A DNA stretch of 36,457 nt from a virus (IMGVR_UViG_2671180405_000008); one strand, 5' to 3'; counted from the stretch's first letter, positions 9,828 to 19,037 are shown. Numbers and translations are program-made. The notes: generated from the letters alone by a model not told the origin.

Positions 9828-11537
9828 TCACTCTGACCAGTCAGCTTCAAAGCCATAACCATCACGCGCTGAACGATAAAAAATACCGCCGTTCCTGTAA
9901 TTCACGCGGAACTGTACAGCAGGGCAGCTCCCCGTATTCATATTGAAGTGGAGGATTAATGTCGATGCGCCACCAATGTTTGCGTTATAGACCCCGCTAT
10001 TCCAGTTCCAGCCAACAGCTTTATCATTTCCGACAGTGCTTCCTGTTTGCCCTAAAGCAAATGCAGGTTGTTGATTTTTCGTGTTGTAGTCTCGTCGCCA
10101 GCCAGGAGCGTAAGCATCACCATGATTAATATAAGTGAATTGAGCGTTAGTAATTCCGCCACCGCTGGACGTGCTCGGCGTGGTAACGCGTATGGTCATT
10201 GCGCCGCGAGTGCCAATAACTTCCACCACAGCACCTGCAAGACAAATATTTCCGCAACCTGTATCTGTAATGACCTTATTATTTGCATAAGCCCATGAGC
10301 CTTTGCACATCCAGTAAGGATGGTTAAATGCTCCCTGACTCTCCAGCCACGAAATAAATTGCGCGGTTGTCCAGACCTGACTATCGCCACCAATATTCAG
10401 CCATGAGCTATATGCGCGGCAGGCACCAATATTTTTGGTGAAGGTATCTTTCCCCGGAATATCTGCGCCGTTCTGGTTTTTCTGTAATGCGCCAGAAGCC
10501 TGATTTACCGTTTCCTGTAAACCGAGGTATTCGATAACGGCAGCAACGGTCGATTTCGCAAGAATATCCCGCCCGACTTTTGTCAGGGTTGCCAGGCTGG
10601 CGACATCATTCCCCGTAAAATACGGAAACCTGTCTGCCGCAGTAGCAAGCCCCGCCAGCGCCGTCAGAGTGGCATCTTTCGGTTGCTTACCCGCAAGCGC
10701 GTTAGTCATGGTGGTCGCAAAATTCGGGTCGTTGCCCAGCGCCGCCGCCAGCTCGTTCAGTGTGTTCAGTGCATCAGGCGAAGAGTCTACAAGTGCGGCA
10801 ATCGCAGCCATAACGAAAGCCGTGCTTGCGATTTGGGTATTATTCGTTCCCTGTCGCGCAGTTGGTGTTGTTGGCGTTCCGGTCAGTGCCGGGCTGTTTA
10901 ATGGGGCTTTCTTGTTCGTTTCATCCATTACTGCCTTAACGGCTTTTGGTGTCGCTGCCAGCGTTTCAGACGTGCTGTTGGTGGCGTTGCTGAGCTGGAC
11001 AAGGCCTTTTGCGGTCAGCGAGGCGTCCGGGTGACGTCGTGACTGTTCATGCTCTTTCAGTTTGTCATCCACGTAATTCACTGTGGCCATCACCATGGTG
11101 TTATCCACGGTAAGCGCCACAGTGGCAGTGCTGGATACGGTCAGAATGGTGCGAAATGTTTGTGCACGTCCGGATCCTTCGGCAACGGTTGGCTTGTAAC
11201 TTTCGGCAGTATTGCCTACCGCGATCAAATCGCCGTGCTCATCAAACACACCAATTTCCCGGATCCAGAATCCGCCCGTTTCAGGAGGAATAACCAGCTC
11301 CGCAATAATGTGGTTCTGATGTGTTGCGTCCAGGGTGACGCGATTAACGGTATGTCGCCACACCTCATGCACAAGACGGGTCTGCTTACTGTCTGGCGTG
11401 GGTAAAGTACCGCCGCCGTCACCCACGGCCATATGTGTCAGGCGGACAGGTTTCCCATCTGGCGCGGTTGCCTGCGCTAATTTTTTTGCACCCGTATCGG
11501 TGATAATGGTTTTAAATTTTCGTGTTGTGGTACTCAT
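9828..11537 (-). CDS. Tail fibre protein H, second copy, with a different variable C-terminal cassette that is cut by the IS insertion (stop codon formed at the IS boundary)
   Basis: 569 aa; identical to copy 1 up to LGLQETVN then diverges; C-terminal ...GGIFYRSARDGYGFEADWSE matches the silent cassette at 75-851 up to the IS joint. Confidence 0.75.
   Translation of the reverse strand: MSTTTRKFKTIITDTGAKKLAQATAPDGKPVRLTHMAVGDGGGTLPTPDSKQTRLVHEVWRHTVNRVTLDATHQNHIIAELVIPPETGGFWIREIGVFDEHGDLIAVGNTAESYKPTVAEGSGRAQTFRTILTVSSTATVALTVDNTMVMATVNYVDDKLKEHEQSRRHPDASLTAKGLVQLSNATNSTSETLAATPKAVKAVMDETNKKAPLNSPALTGTPTTPTARQGTNNTQIASTAFVMAAIAALVDSSPDALNTLNELAAALGNDPNFATTMTNALAGKQPKDATLTALAGLATAADRFPYFTGNDVASLATLTKVGRDILAKSTVAAVIEYLGLQETVNQASGALQKNQNGADIPGKDTFTKNIGACRAYSSWLNIGGDSQVWTTAQFISWLESQGAFNHPYWMCKGSWAYANNKVITDTGCGNICLAGAVVEVIGTRGAMTIRVTTPSTSSGGGITNAQFTYINHGDAYAPGWRRDYNTKNQQPAFALGQTGSTVGNDKAVGWNWNSGVYNANIGGASTLILHFNMNTGSCPAVQFRVNYRNGGIFYRSARDGYGFEADWSE
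10511..10536. repeat. Fourth copy of the invertase crossover site, same orientation as 2983-3008; coincides with the left edge of the second 4.1 kb repeat
   Basis: Identical 26-mer; homology between the two blocks starts here. Confidence 0.55.
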
Positions 11538-11539
11538 GC

Positions 11540-12103
11540 TTAATCGTCCGGATAAATGGTAATGACTTCACCGTCGTAAGTTGCTGCTGCCGCGAAAATA
11601 TCTCCCTGAATCTCCTGAATGATATTCAGCCCTGTCATGTGGCGGCTGACCGGGCGGGCATCAGCAATCAACCGCTCCATTTCCAGATACATTTCCTCCG
11701 TCACGCCACTGTCCAGCGTGCCAACATCAATCTTGAATGTTCCGGGTTCGCCGTTGAACTCCCACCACTCAGACACGCGAATGAGGTATCCCAGCGGCTC
11801 AATGGCCCGTCGCAGGGCGCTGATGGTTCCTTTGTGTCGGTGTATCAGCCATGCATCACGAATCACCTGTCGCTTTGTCTCTTCCGGCCAGTTGCGATCC
11901 CAGCGGTCAACGGAAAACGCCCAGGCGAGATAAGGCAGCAGATGCACCGGGCAGGTGTCCGGCGACCACAGCGTGTTGAGGTCTGCCGGAATGTCTGTAA
12001 TGCGTGTTCCGACGGCTTCGGCACAACGCATGAAATTGCTGGCTGATGGTGGTAACAGTGAATTACTCATTACGCCCACCTTCGCTGATGGTGAATGACT
12101 CAC
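11540..12103 (-). CDS. Baseplate assembly protein I, second copy
   Basis: Protein identical to 4011-4574. Confidence 0.8.
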   Translation of the reverse strand: MSHSPSAKVGVMSNSLLPPSASNFMRCAEAVGTRITDIPADLNTLWSPDTCPVHLLPYLAWAFSVDRWDRNWPEETKRQVIRDAWLIHRHKGTISALRRAIEPLGYLIRVSEWWEFNGEPGTFKIDVGTLDSGVTEEMYLEMERLIADARPVSRHMTGLNIIQEIQGDIFAAAATYDGEVITIYPDD

Positions 12104-12959
12104 AGCGCGCCGCCTGTATGTCGCTGATGGCCATATTCTGTGTGGGTTCGATTATCTCCACGCGTTGCACACCGTGCACATGCAGTGCGGCAGCAATGGC
12201 GGACAACGCCACGTCCTGACCGATAAGCCCCTGCTCAGCCAGCCACTTCCTGAACGACGATTCAGCCGCAGCCAGAATAGGTTCGGATTCCGGACCGGGG
12301 TAAAAGTACAGTTTTGCATTCAGCCGCCATGTCACGATTCTGGCACTCTGTACGGTCAGGCGGTCGGCCACCGGGCGGGTATCCTCTGCATTCAGAACGG
12401 CGCGAACGGTATTAAGCAACGCCTCCGTTGCTGTGCCGTCGCCCTCAGTGGACAGGATGGAAACCGTCACATTTGCCGGAGACGGACTGATGGCCCGCGC
12501 ATCGCGCACCAGACCGCTGGCGCTGCGGGCAAAATACTCGTATGCGCCTGACGGGCCTGCAACACTCAGGCCGTCATACGCCCGCTGCGCCCGCAGTCTC
12601 AGCGAGGTGTCGTTCTCCATCACCACGTCGGTGGTATCCGTTGCCGGAGTGATAACCAGGCGCTTTGTGTTCATATTGCCCGCGAGGTTGTCCAGGTCTG
12701 TTCCGGCGCTGTGGCTCAACATGCAGGCGCGTGCGGCCTCATTGACCCGCTGGCGTAACAGCATTTCACGAAACGACATGGTTTGAGCGATAACGTTCAG
12801 GGGTTCCGATTCCAGTTCCAGTGCGGCGGAGACGACTTCACGCTGTTCGGCGGGATAAGCTGCAATCATCATGGCCTTTGTGTCAGCCAGAATTGCCTCA
12901 AAGTCAGGCTCCGCGATGATGGCGGGTTCCGGTAACTGGGAAAGGTCAACGGCAGGCAT
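12063..12959 (-). CDS. Baseplate assembly protein J, second copy
   Basis: Protein identical to 4534-5430. Confidence 0.8.
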   Translation of the reverse strand: MPAVDLSQLPEPAIIAEPDFEAILADTKAMMIAAYPAEQREVVSAALELESEPLNVIAQTMSFREMLLRQRVNEAARACMLSHSAGTDLDNLAGNMNTKRLVITPATDTTDVVMENDTSLRLRAQRAYDGLSVAGPSGAYEYFARSASGLVRDARAISPSPANVTVSILSTEGDGTATEALLNTVRAVLNAEDTRPVADRLTVQSARIVTWRLNAKLYFYPGPESEPILAAAESSFRKWLAEQGLIGQDVALSAIAAALHVHGVQRVEIIEPTQNMAISDIQAARCESFTISEGGRNE

Positions 12960-12962
12960 GAT

Positions 12963-13313
12963 TTACTCCCTCAGCGTGATGGTTAATTCAACATTCTGCA
13001 TGGTCTGCATGACAGTGCCCGACAGCGTCACCCCGGCGTGGCCTCCTGCCTTCCAGACAACGTCGATGGCGTTCAGGGCAATGCGTGGTTCCCATCGTGT
13101 CAGTGCAATCACGGTAGCACTCATGCATTGCAGACGCGTGGTGTTATTCATGGGTTCGTCAATCAAATCAGGCACAAGGCTGCCATATTCCCGTCGCATA
13201 ACCCGGCTTGCCAGCGGGGTGGTCAGGATGTCCCTGACTGACTGTTTCAGGTGCGCCATATCGTTCAGGTTTCCCGTCCCGTCCGGGTTCATTCCTGTGT
13301 AGCGGGTTGTCAC
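12963..13313 (-). CDS. Baseplate wedge protein W, second copy
   Basis: Protein identical to 5434-5784. Confidence 0.75.
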   Translation of the reverse strand: MTTRYTGMNPDGTGNLNDMAHLKQSVRDILTTPLASRVMRREYGSLVPDLIDEPMNNTTRLQCMSATVIALTRWEPRIALNAIDVVWKAGGHAGVTLSGTVMQTMQNVELTITLRE

Positions 13314-13891
13314 TGCGGGCCTCCTGTCGAATCGCTGCCACCTTTAACGCCACCGTGCTTATGCGTATGCACTGTGATGCCGTTTGAGGTGAAATCGCCG
13401 CCGCTGTGCGTGATATTGCCGCTCATCGTTCCCCCTTTTGTGACGTCAAGCGTCGCTGTTCTCAGAAGGTCTGTGCATTCCACGACAGGCGTGTTCAGTG
13501 TCACGCTGATGGATGCCTGCAAAGTGGCCGTTTTCATGCCGCTTGCGCTCAGTGCGCCTGCGTCCGCGTCGTAGCGGAACACCGCGCCGTCCGGCGCGCT
13601 GACCACGATTTCTTTCAGGCTTTTGCCGGGTGCCGGAATGGCATCACTCCACAGGCTGCCGATTATCATGGCGGTTTCCGGGTTGCCGCCGATGCAGGCA
13701 ATTGCCACCTGTTCGCCTGGTGATGGCGGAAACCACACGTTGAAGTCTCCCGCGCGCGTGGTGTTCCAGCGCAGCCAGCCTGTTTCCAGTTCGCCGCTGC
13801 GAACGCGCACGCACCAGGATTCCTCATCAACTTCAGAGATGATCCCGGTGCGGATGATATTGCTCAGCAGTCGCATGAGTTCTGCGCTCAT
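13310..13891 (-). CDS. Baseplate spike protein V, second copy
   Basis: Protein identical to 5781-6362. Confidence 0.75.
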   Translation of the reverse strand: MSAELMRLLSNIIRTGIISEVDEESWCVRVRSGELETGWLRWNTTRAGDFNVWFPPSPGEQVAIACIGGNPETAMIIGSLWSDAIPAPGKSLKEIVVSAPDGAVFRYDADAGALSASGMKTATLQASISVTLNTPVVECTDLLRTATLDVTKGGTMSGNITHSGGDFTSNGITVHTHKHGGVKGGSDSTGGPQ

Positions 13892-14523
13892 CGTACAGCC
13901 TCCGCAATCCGGCCCAGCACCGTGTTATAAATCAGGCGCTCATCTGCCTGGCTGATACCCAGCAGCTCACGTACCGGGTAATCGGTGAAAATGCCCGGCG
14001 CAACCTGATCGCGCTCACCGAACTGATGAACGCGTGCAATACGTGCGGCCACGCCGCTGTAACCCACCGTCACACCGGAAGCATCTGCACGGGCTTTCAG
14101 GTAGCGGGCGGTGCGCAGTTTTACGAACATGGAGACGCGCCTGGTGCTGTCCTGGTTGATGCGCCGGGTGCGTATTTCCAGAAAACGGTCGATGTCATCC
14201 CGGTAAAACGTGCGGATATTGTTTTTATCCTCATCCCACCCGGTGATGGTTCGCCCGTATTTCCCCGTGTCGTGATGCCAGTTTTTCAGCGTGCGTGCTT
14301 CGTTATTCCAGATAAAGCGAATGCGCTCCTGTATCCGGGTTACGCGGCGTCTGCGTGGTGTCCATGCGGTCCCGTCCGGCGCTTTCTGTGACCGGATACG
14401 CGCCTGCTGGGCGCGGCGTAAATCCTGTGCCAGCTTTCTGGCGATGTTATTAATGGCCTGCTGATTCAGGCTGTCGCGGATAGCCTCAAAGGTTTCATCC
14501 ACGCGGGTGAATGCCTTATCCAT
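13888..14523 (-). CDS. Putative tail completion / virion morphogenesis protein (gpS-position), second copy
   Basis: Protein identical to 6359-6994. Confidence 0.5.
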   Translation of the reverse strand: MDKAFTRVDETFEAIRDSLNQQAINNIARKLAQDLRRAQQARIRSQKAPDGTAWTPRRRRVTRIQERIRFIWNNEARTLKNWHHDTGKYGRTITGWDEDKNNIRTFYRDDIDRFLEIRTRRINQDSTRRVSMFVKLRTARYLKARADASGVTVGYSGVAARIARVHQFGERDQVAPGIFTDYPVRELLGISQADERLIYNTVLGRIAEAVR

Positions 14524-14983
14524 CGCTTTCCCCCCACGTCACATCCTGGAATACATGCGACCAGTCGCCTTCGGAAGAGGGCAGGCGGGGTTTTGGCTCC
14601 GGCAGGTGTTCTGCCTGCGGTGTGCCCTGACTGCTGCGCGTGATGCGAACGCGTTCCCGCAGGGGGAGCGTAAACAGGAGATCGGCGCTGTCATCGTCAT
14701 TGATAACGGCGGAAAATTTGATGTCCTGATTACGCTCCGGATTGAGCAACAACTGTGGCTGATTTTCGGATAACCACGCCAGCAGCGGCAGCGTGAGGTC
14801 GTCCAGCTCTCCGGCGTAATCCATGACAAACATCACTATCTGATAGCGGTAAACAAACGATGGGGTTTCTCCGGTCGTTTCAATGTTGCCGCTCTCCACG
14901 AAAATGGTGAATTTTTCCGGGTTGGCATGACACCACCGGCATGAACGGGTCATGGCTTCACGCAGGGAATCAGTTTTCAGCAT
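14516..14983 (-). CDS. Tail completion protein R (P2 gpR-like)
   Basis: 155 aa MLKTDSLREAMT...; position between lysis genes and S; only its last ~80 bp are present in the first repeat copy (6987-7070). Confidence 0.65.
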   Translation of the reverse strand: MLKTDSLREAMTRSCRWCHANPEKFTIFVESGNIETTGETPSFVYRYQIVMFVMDYAGELDDLTLPLLAWLSENQPQLLLNPERNQDIKFSAVINDDDSADLLFTLPLRERVRITRSSQGTPQAEHLPEPKPRLPSSEGDWSHVFQDVTWGESDG

Positions 14984-15290
14984 GGTTGTTGTCCTCGTTG
15001 TTCAGTCGTTGCAGCCTGCGCTGTTCCAGTAATTCAATGGCCCGCTTATCGGCGTTACAGGTTTCCAGTGCGTCCATGAGGCTGTCGCTCCATATCCCGA
15101 TGTTTCCCCATGATGGCGTCACCGGAAACGGCGGGGGAAGTACGGGGGCGGTCAGCCCTTCCGGGATGAAACGGAACGACGGCGGCGGCGCGGACGCGTT
15201 CTGCGTGCTGGTGCAACCGCTCAGTAAAGCGAGCGTCAGGAACAGCGCGGGCACATGCATCTGTCGTGATATCGTTGCGTAGCTGTTCAC
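14970..15290 (-). CDS. Outer-membrane spanin lipoprotein (LysC/Rz1-like), starts inside the LysB gene in another frame
   Basis: Lipobox ALFLTLALLSGC followed by Pro-rich region; true start probably the internal MHVPALF methionine. Confidence 0.5.
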   Translation of the reverse strand: MNSYATISRQMHVPALFLTLALLSGCTSTQNASAPPPSFRFIPEGLTAPVLPPPFPVTPSWGNIGIWSDSLMDALETCNADKRAIELLEQRRLQRLNNEDNNHAEN

Positions 15291-15528
15291 GTCGGATTTC
15301 CCCTTCCTGTTGTCGGTTCTGGCGCGCTGTCATGACGTCACGCAGTACACCGGATGCGGTGCTGATGATGGTGCCGGCCTCTTTCAGGGTCCGGCTGTAA
15401 TCGTCCAGTTGCGCCTGTGTATAACGGTTGTGTCCGTCTTCCTGCCCCAGTCTGAATGTCTGCCAGAGTGTTATGGTCAGCAGCGTGAGGACGGTCAGTG
15501 CCATCATCAGGATGTAACGCACTTTCAT
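15055..15528 (-). CDS. Inner-membrane spanin (LysB/Rz-like)
   Basis: N-terminal transmembrane helix MKVRYILMMALTVLTLLTITLW then charged coiled-coil-like region; overlaps the lipoprotein ORF. Confidence 0.55.
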   Translation of the reverse strand: MKVRYILMMALTVLTLLTITLWQTFRLGQEDGHNRYTQAQLDDYSRTLKEAGTIISTASGVLRDVMTARQNRQQEGEIRREQLRNDITTDACARAVPDARFTERLHQHAERVRAAAVVPFHPGRADRPRTSPAVSGDAIMGKHRDMERQPHGRTGNL

Positions 15529-15613
15529 GACTGGCCTCCGGTGTCACGTAAGCACCATGCACGAAAATCAGTACGACGGTTAACCAGTCCCTGTGAGCGT
15601 TCGCCGCCGCTGT

Positions 15614-16069
15614 TCACGAAGTCAGTCTGTTGCACATGTCAGGCCAGTTGTGCGCCTGTGCATGTTTCCAGATAGTGGTGCGGTGGTAGTTACGGTTCTT
15701 ATCCCTGAACCACATAAGATTTCTGCATCCAAGATTAAAGGCGGCATCTGTCATTGCCTCAAACGCGGACTGTGGCATGGCGTTGCCGCTGAAGTTCTGA
15801 TTTATGCAGTTTTCTGCATGTTGCATATCATTAACCCAGCGCCCGGCGACTTCCGTTTCGGTGTACAGACGATTTTCCACATGCCCGGTCGAGCCGCACC
15901 CCACGGTCATTACCCCGGCAATATCCCGGTAAGGCGTTGCGCGACAGTCCTCCCATGTGGCAATGCGGATTTGCGCTTCCGGGCTGGTCCGGAGTTTGTG
16001 AGGGGCAATGGAGAACCCCAGCGCCACAATGGCGGCTACGGCGTAACGTTTAACGGGCAGCTTTATCAT
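15614..16069 (-). CDS. Endolysin, T4-lysozyme-like (GH24), probable signal-arrest-release (SAR) type
   Basis: E-x8-D-x5-T catalytic spacing in ATWEDCRATPYRDIAGVMTVGCGST; weakly hydrophobic Ala/Gly-rich N-terminus AVAAIVALGFSIA. Confidence 0.7.
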   Translation of the reverse strand: MIKLPVKRYAVAAIVALGFSIAPHKLRTSPEAQIRIATWEDCRATPYRDIAGVMTVGCGSTGHVENRLYTETEVAGRWVNDMQHAENCINQNFSGNAMPQSAFEAMTDAAFNLGCRNLMWFRDKNRNYHRTTIWKHAQAHNWPDMCNRLTS

Positions 16070-16352
16070 GTGTATCGTTATCCCGCAGAATGTTCAGAGC
16101 CTGACGCTCACTGTCGTGAAGTGGCCGTGCGTCTGACTGCGCCAGGATACTGGCGATGAGTTCATTGCGACGCTGCATGGCGGTTTCCATCAGGCGGCGA
16201 TGTCGCCAGGCATGTAATGCAGACAGAGAACCGAGTAACAACCCGGCAAGGGCGATTTTTTCACTGATGGTCATCACGCCTATTGTGGTGGCTGTGACTG
16301 ATGCCCAGAAGGTGATCCAGTCACTCACCCGCAGAAAAAAACCTGTTACCAT
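16050..16352 (-). CDS. Holin (two predicted TM helices; possibly pinholin partner of the SAR endolysin); start taken at internal MVTGFF methionine
   Basis: Hydrophobic segments WITFWASVTATTIGVMTI and IALAGLLLGSLSALHAW; position between X and endolysin. Confidence 0.5.
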   Translation of the reverse strand: MVTGFFLRVSDWITFWASVTATTIGVMTISEKIALAGLLLGSLSALHAWRHRRLMETAMQRRNELIASILAQSDARPLHDSERQALNILRDNDTHDKAAR

Positions 16353-16576
16353 AGCTGTATCATCTCTCGTTGTTTTTTCTTCTCCGGCTCCGGCATTTCC
16401 ACCTCCTGTCCGGCTTCCAGAAATACCTGTCGGCAGAGTCCGGGGTTGGCATCCAGCACCTTTTCGGTGACGCCCTGCGTCGTGCCGTAGTACCGGAAAC
16501 AGAGCGAATCCACGGTGTCGCCTTCCAGTGTCTTCACTTTCATCAGCACAACTCCGCAAAGATTCGCGGGCGGCAC
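16346..16576 (-). CDS. Tail protein X (P2 gpX-like, LysM-like)
   Basis: 76 aa with KTLEGDTVDSLCFRYYGTTQGVTEKVLDANPGL resembling P2 X. Confidence 0.7.
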   Translation of the reverse strand: MPPANLCGVVLMKVKTLEGDTVDSLCFRYYGTTQGVTEKVLDANPGLCRQVFLEAGQEVEMPEPEKKKQREMIQLW

Positions 16577-17046
16577 AGAATGTCAGAGATGGCCCAGCTC
16601 ACATCGCGCCACAAATCCGATGTCTGTATATCCAGTGCGTCCGCCCGGCGGTCGCCCTTGTCCGTTGTGTCCGCATCGCGGTAACGCTCCAGAATCAGGG
16701 CGCGTGTGGCGGTATAAACAGCATTGCGCCAGTGCCAGAGATTGACGCTTTCTCCGTTAATTACAGGTGCCGGAACATCGGCCAGCGTCTGATGGCCAGC
16801 CGCCTGCTGTTCCTGCTGCCATGCTTCCAGCTCGCGGGTAACGTGTGCCACGGCCCCGGTGGCGGTATGCAGCAGGCGGGAGGTGGTCACGCGGCCCGGC
16901 AGTCGTACCGCCAGACGCAGCTCGCGCAGCACAATATCCGGCCAGAATGCACCCGCTGAAATACGGGTATCGCCATCTTCGGTGTCGGTGATGTCGTCCT
17001 CTGCGGGTCCGGGTTCAGTTCTGGCAACCATACTCATGGGGTTCAC
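16543..17046 (-). CDS. Head completion/stabilisation protein L (P2 gpL-like)
   Basis: 167 aa, conserved position after M. Confidence 0.7.
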   Translation of the reverse strand: MNPMSMVARTEPGPAEDDITDTEDGDTRISAGAFWPDIVLRELRLAVRLPGRVTTSRLLHTATGAVAHVTRELEAWQQEQQAAGHQTLADVPAPVINGESVNLWHWRNAVYTATRALILERYRDADTTDKGDRRADALDIQTSDLWRDVSWAISDILCRPRIFAELC

Positions 17047-17138
17047 TCCTGAAAAAATCGGGCGGTGGGTGCGCGGTGTAAACGGTCACGGAGCCAAACC
17101 GGAACACCGCGCACGCCGCCCGCTGACGGGGTCAGTCG

Positions 17139-17939
17139 TTAACCGCGCTTCGCCTTCTGCGTCGCGGTGGTTTTTCGTGTTGCAGGCTTCCGCGTTGTCT
17201 TTTTACTTTCGCTGCTTTCGTCCTGCGCCTGCTGTGCGCTGGCGTCTTCTGGTGCGGCTGCGGAATCGGCTTTTTTCAGGGCGCGGGAAAGGGTTGCAAT
17301 CTCGCGTTTCACACCTGCGTTCTGGTTCAGATGCATCGCTTCGCGCAGCAGCTTCAGTGATGAGGCCATGCTGTCCGCATCGCTCAGGCCACGGCGGGCA
17401 AAGGCGCACGCCTTGCATAATTTGGCGCGCACTTCGTCCGGCATATCCTGGTTGGCGACAATTTCCCAAAGTGTGTCCAGTGGTTCGATAAAGACGGACA
17501 AATCCGCGTCGGCATCCGTCCCGGCCTGCGTCAGTACCGGATTGCAGATTTCTTCGGTCAGCACTGTGGCAGCAGTACGGCCAAAGTTATCCGGCATGAT
17601 GAGGTTGTGACGGACCGCATACGCACCAATACGCAGCGCAAGCGGAAGATCGCCGCAGTCAATCGCCCACACCATCAGCGTGGCAATCACTTCGTCCTGT
17701 TGCCCGCCGTCAGCCTCCAGCGTTCCCTCAATCCAGCCGGAAAAGTCCGGCAACAACGCTTTTTTGATGTCGGCTTTCGCGCTTCTGGCCTGTACGCCCT
17801 TAAGCCGGGCCTGTGCCAGACGCAGACGATACAGCACCTCTTCATGCGCGGTACGCGCGGCGTGGTCCACACCTTCATTCGCCCGGCCTGCGCGCTGTGC
17901 CATCACGTTCTGCCAGTGTTGCTGTGCAGGAGTAATCAT
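17139..17939 (-). CDS. Terminase small (endonuclease) subunit M (P2 gpM-like)
   Basis: 266 aa, conserved O-N-M-L order. Confidence 0.8.
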   Translation of the reverse strand: MITPAQQHWQNVMAQRAGRANEGVDHAARTAHEEVLYRLRLAQARLKGVQARSAKADIKKALLPDFSGWIEGTLEADGGQQDEVIATLMVWAIDCGDLPLALRIGAYAVRHNLIMPDNFGRTAATVLTEEICNPVLTQAGTDADADLSVFIEPLDTLWEIVANQDMPDEVRAKLCKACAFARRGLSDADSMASSLKLLREAMHLNQNAGVKREIATLSRALKKADSAAAPEDASAQQAQDESSESKKTTRKPATRKTTATQKAKRG

Positions 17940-17984
17940 TTTTTCTCTCCGTTACAGGCGGGCATGATGCCCGCCGTGAGTTGA

Positions 17985-19037
17985 TTAGCTGTCGGCGAAC
18001 TTCAGGCCAGTGACCATCGCGCACTTGCCATAGTCTTCAACGACATAAGCGTCATTGATGGACTGGTAGGTGGCGATGCGGTTGTATTCCGGTTCGTCTT
18101 TCATCAGACGACGCATTGAACCTTTCTGCCAGTAAATCGACAGGTTGTTGAATGAGGTGATCAGCATCGTTGCATCCGGGAAGAACGGTGCAAGGAACAC
18201 ACCCAGCCCGCCAATGGTGCGCGATGACAGGATGAGCTGCCCGGCAAGTAATTCCGCATTGGGATTCTGGCCGCTGATGCTGTTCAGCACTGGCAGACGC
18301 AGCGAGTTAAACAGGTTGCGCCCCATAATCACCACGAGGTCGTCAGCTTCCTTGTGCCATTCATCCAGCAGAGATGAGCGCGCGTCCTGTACCAGTGCAT
18401 CAGGGTTCGCGTATTTACCCGCGTGCGCCACGGTGTTGTCCATGTTGCGGGAAGTCAGCGTCACGTCATTCATTACGCGCTCGCTGGCATTGGTTCTGAT
18501 GTGCTCCAGCCACCCCACGTTAACGTCCTGAAGCAGCTTGTTGGTGCTGAAGTTGGACTCATCCGCGTGAGATGTGCCGTTGAAACCGATCATGATGCGG
18601 TCAAGTGCCACCTGTCGGGCAATCTGTGCGCTGATGCGGGACTGAAAATCGCTGTGTGCCGACCAGGCATCAAGCTGCGGATACGAAATAAACGTGTCGT
18701 AGTTCACCTGTTCGCACTGGTATTTGCGGTTTTTCAGATCAACCACGTTATTCGGGTTACGGCGTTTTGTTCCGTCATAACTGGTATTTGTGCGTGCAAT
18801 CGGTCCTGTGGTGTCCAGGAGGATTTTTTCGCCTTTCTGGTCGGTCACGCCGATCACGTTAATTTTTTTTGTAAGTTCGGTGCTATCCTTTGAGGCGTTT
18901 TCAAAACGTTGCTGCACCGCAGGTTCCACGGTAAATCGCGATACCAGTGCAGAAACCGGGATATTGTTAAGCGACGCCTGCTGCGCCATATAGCAACCCA
19001 GCTTGTTGCGGGTAATATCTGACATCACCAGATTCAT
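17985..19037 (-). CDS. Major capsid protein N (P2 gpN-like)
   Basis: 350 aa; several blocks align to P2 N from memory (FTVEPAVQQ, YVVEDYGKCA). Confidence 0.85.
   Translation of the reverse strand: MNLVMSDITRNKLGCYMAQQASLNNIPVSALVSRFTVEPAVQQRFENASKDSTELTKKINVIGVTDQKGEKILLDTTGPIARTNTSYDGTKRRNPNNVVDLKNRKYQCEQVNYDTFISYPQLDAWSAHSDFQSRISAQIARQVALDRIMIGFNGTSHADESNFSTNKLLQDVNVGWLEHIRTNASERVMNDVTLTSRNMDNTVAHAGKYANPDALVQDARSSLLDEWHKEADDLVVIMGRNLFNSLRLPVLNSISGQNPNAELLAGQLILSSRTIGGLGVFLAPFFPDATMLITSFNNLSIYWQKGSMRRLMKDEPEYNRIATYQSINDAYVVEDYGKCAMVTGLKFADS

Larger units (their letters stand above)
8567..9830 (-). mobile_element. IS3-family insertion sequence, IS600-like, 1264 bp
   Basis: Imperfect terminal inverted repeats TGAGGTGTACTGGCAATAGCGGACACTACC (8567-) and reverse complement of ...GGAGTGTCCGTTAAACTCAGGCTACCTCA (-9830); orfA/orfB pair with A-AAA-AAA-G slippery site in the overlap. 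Confidence 0.85.
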
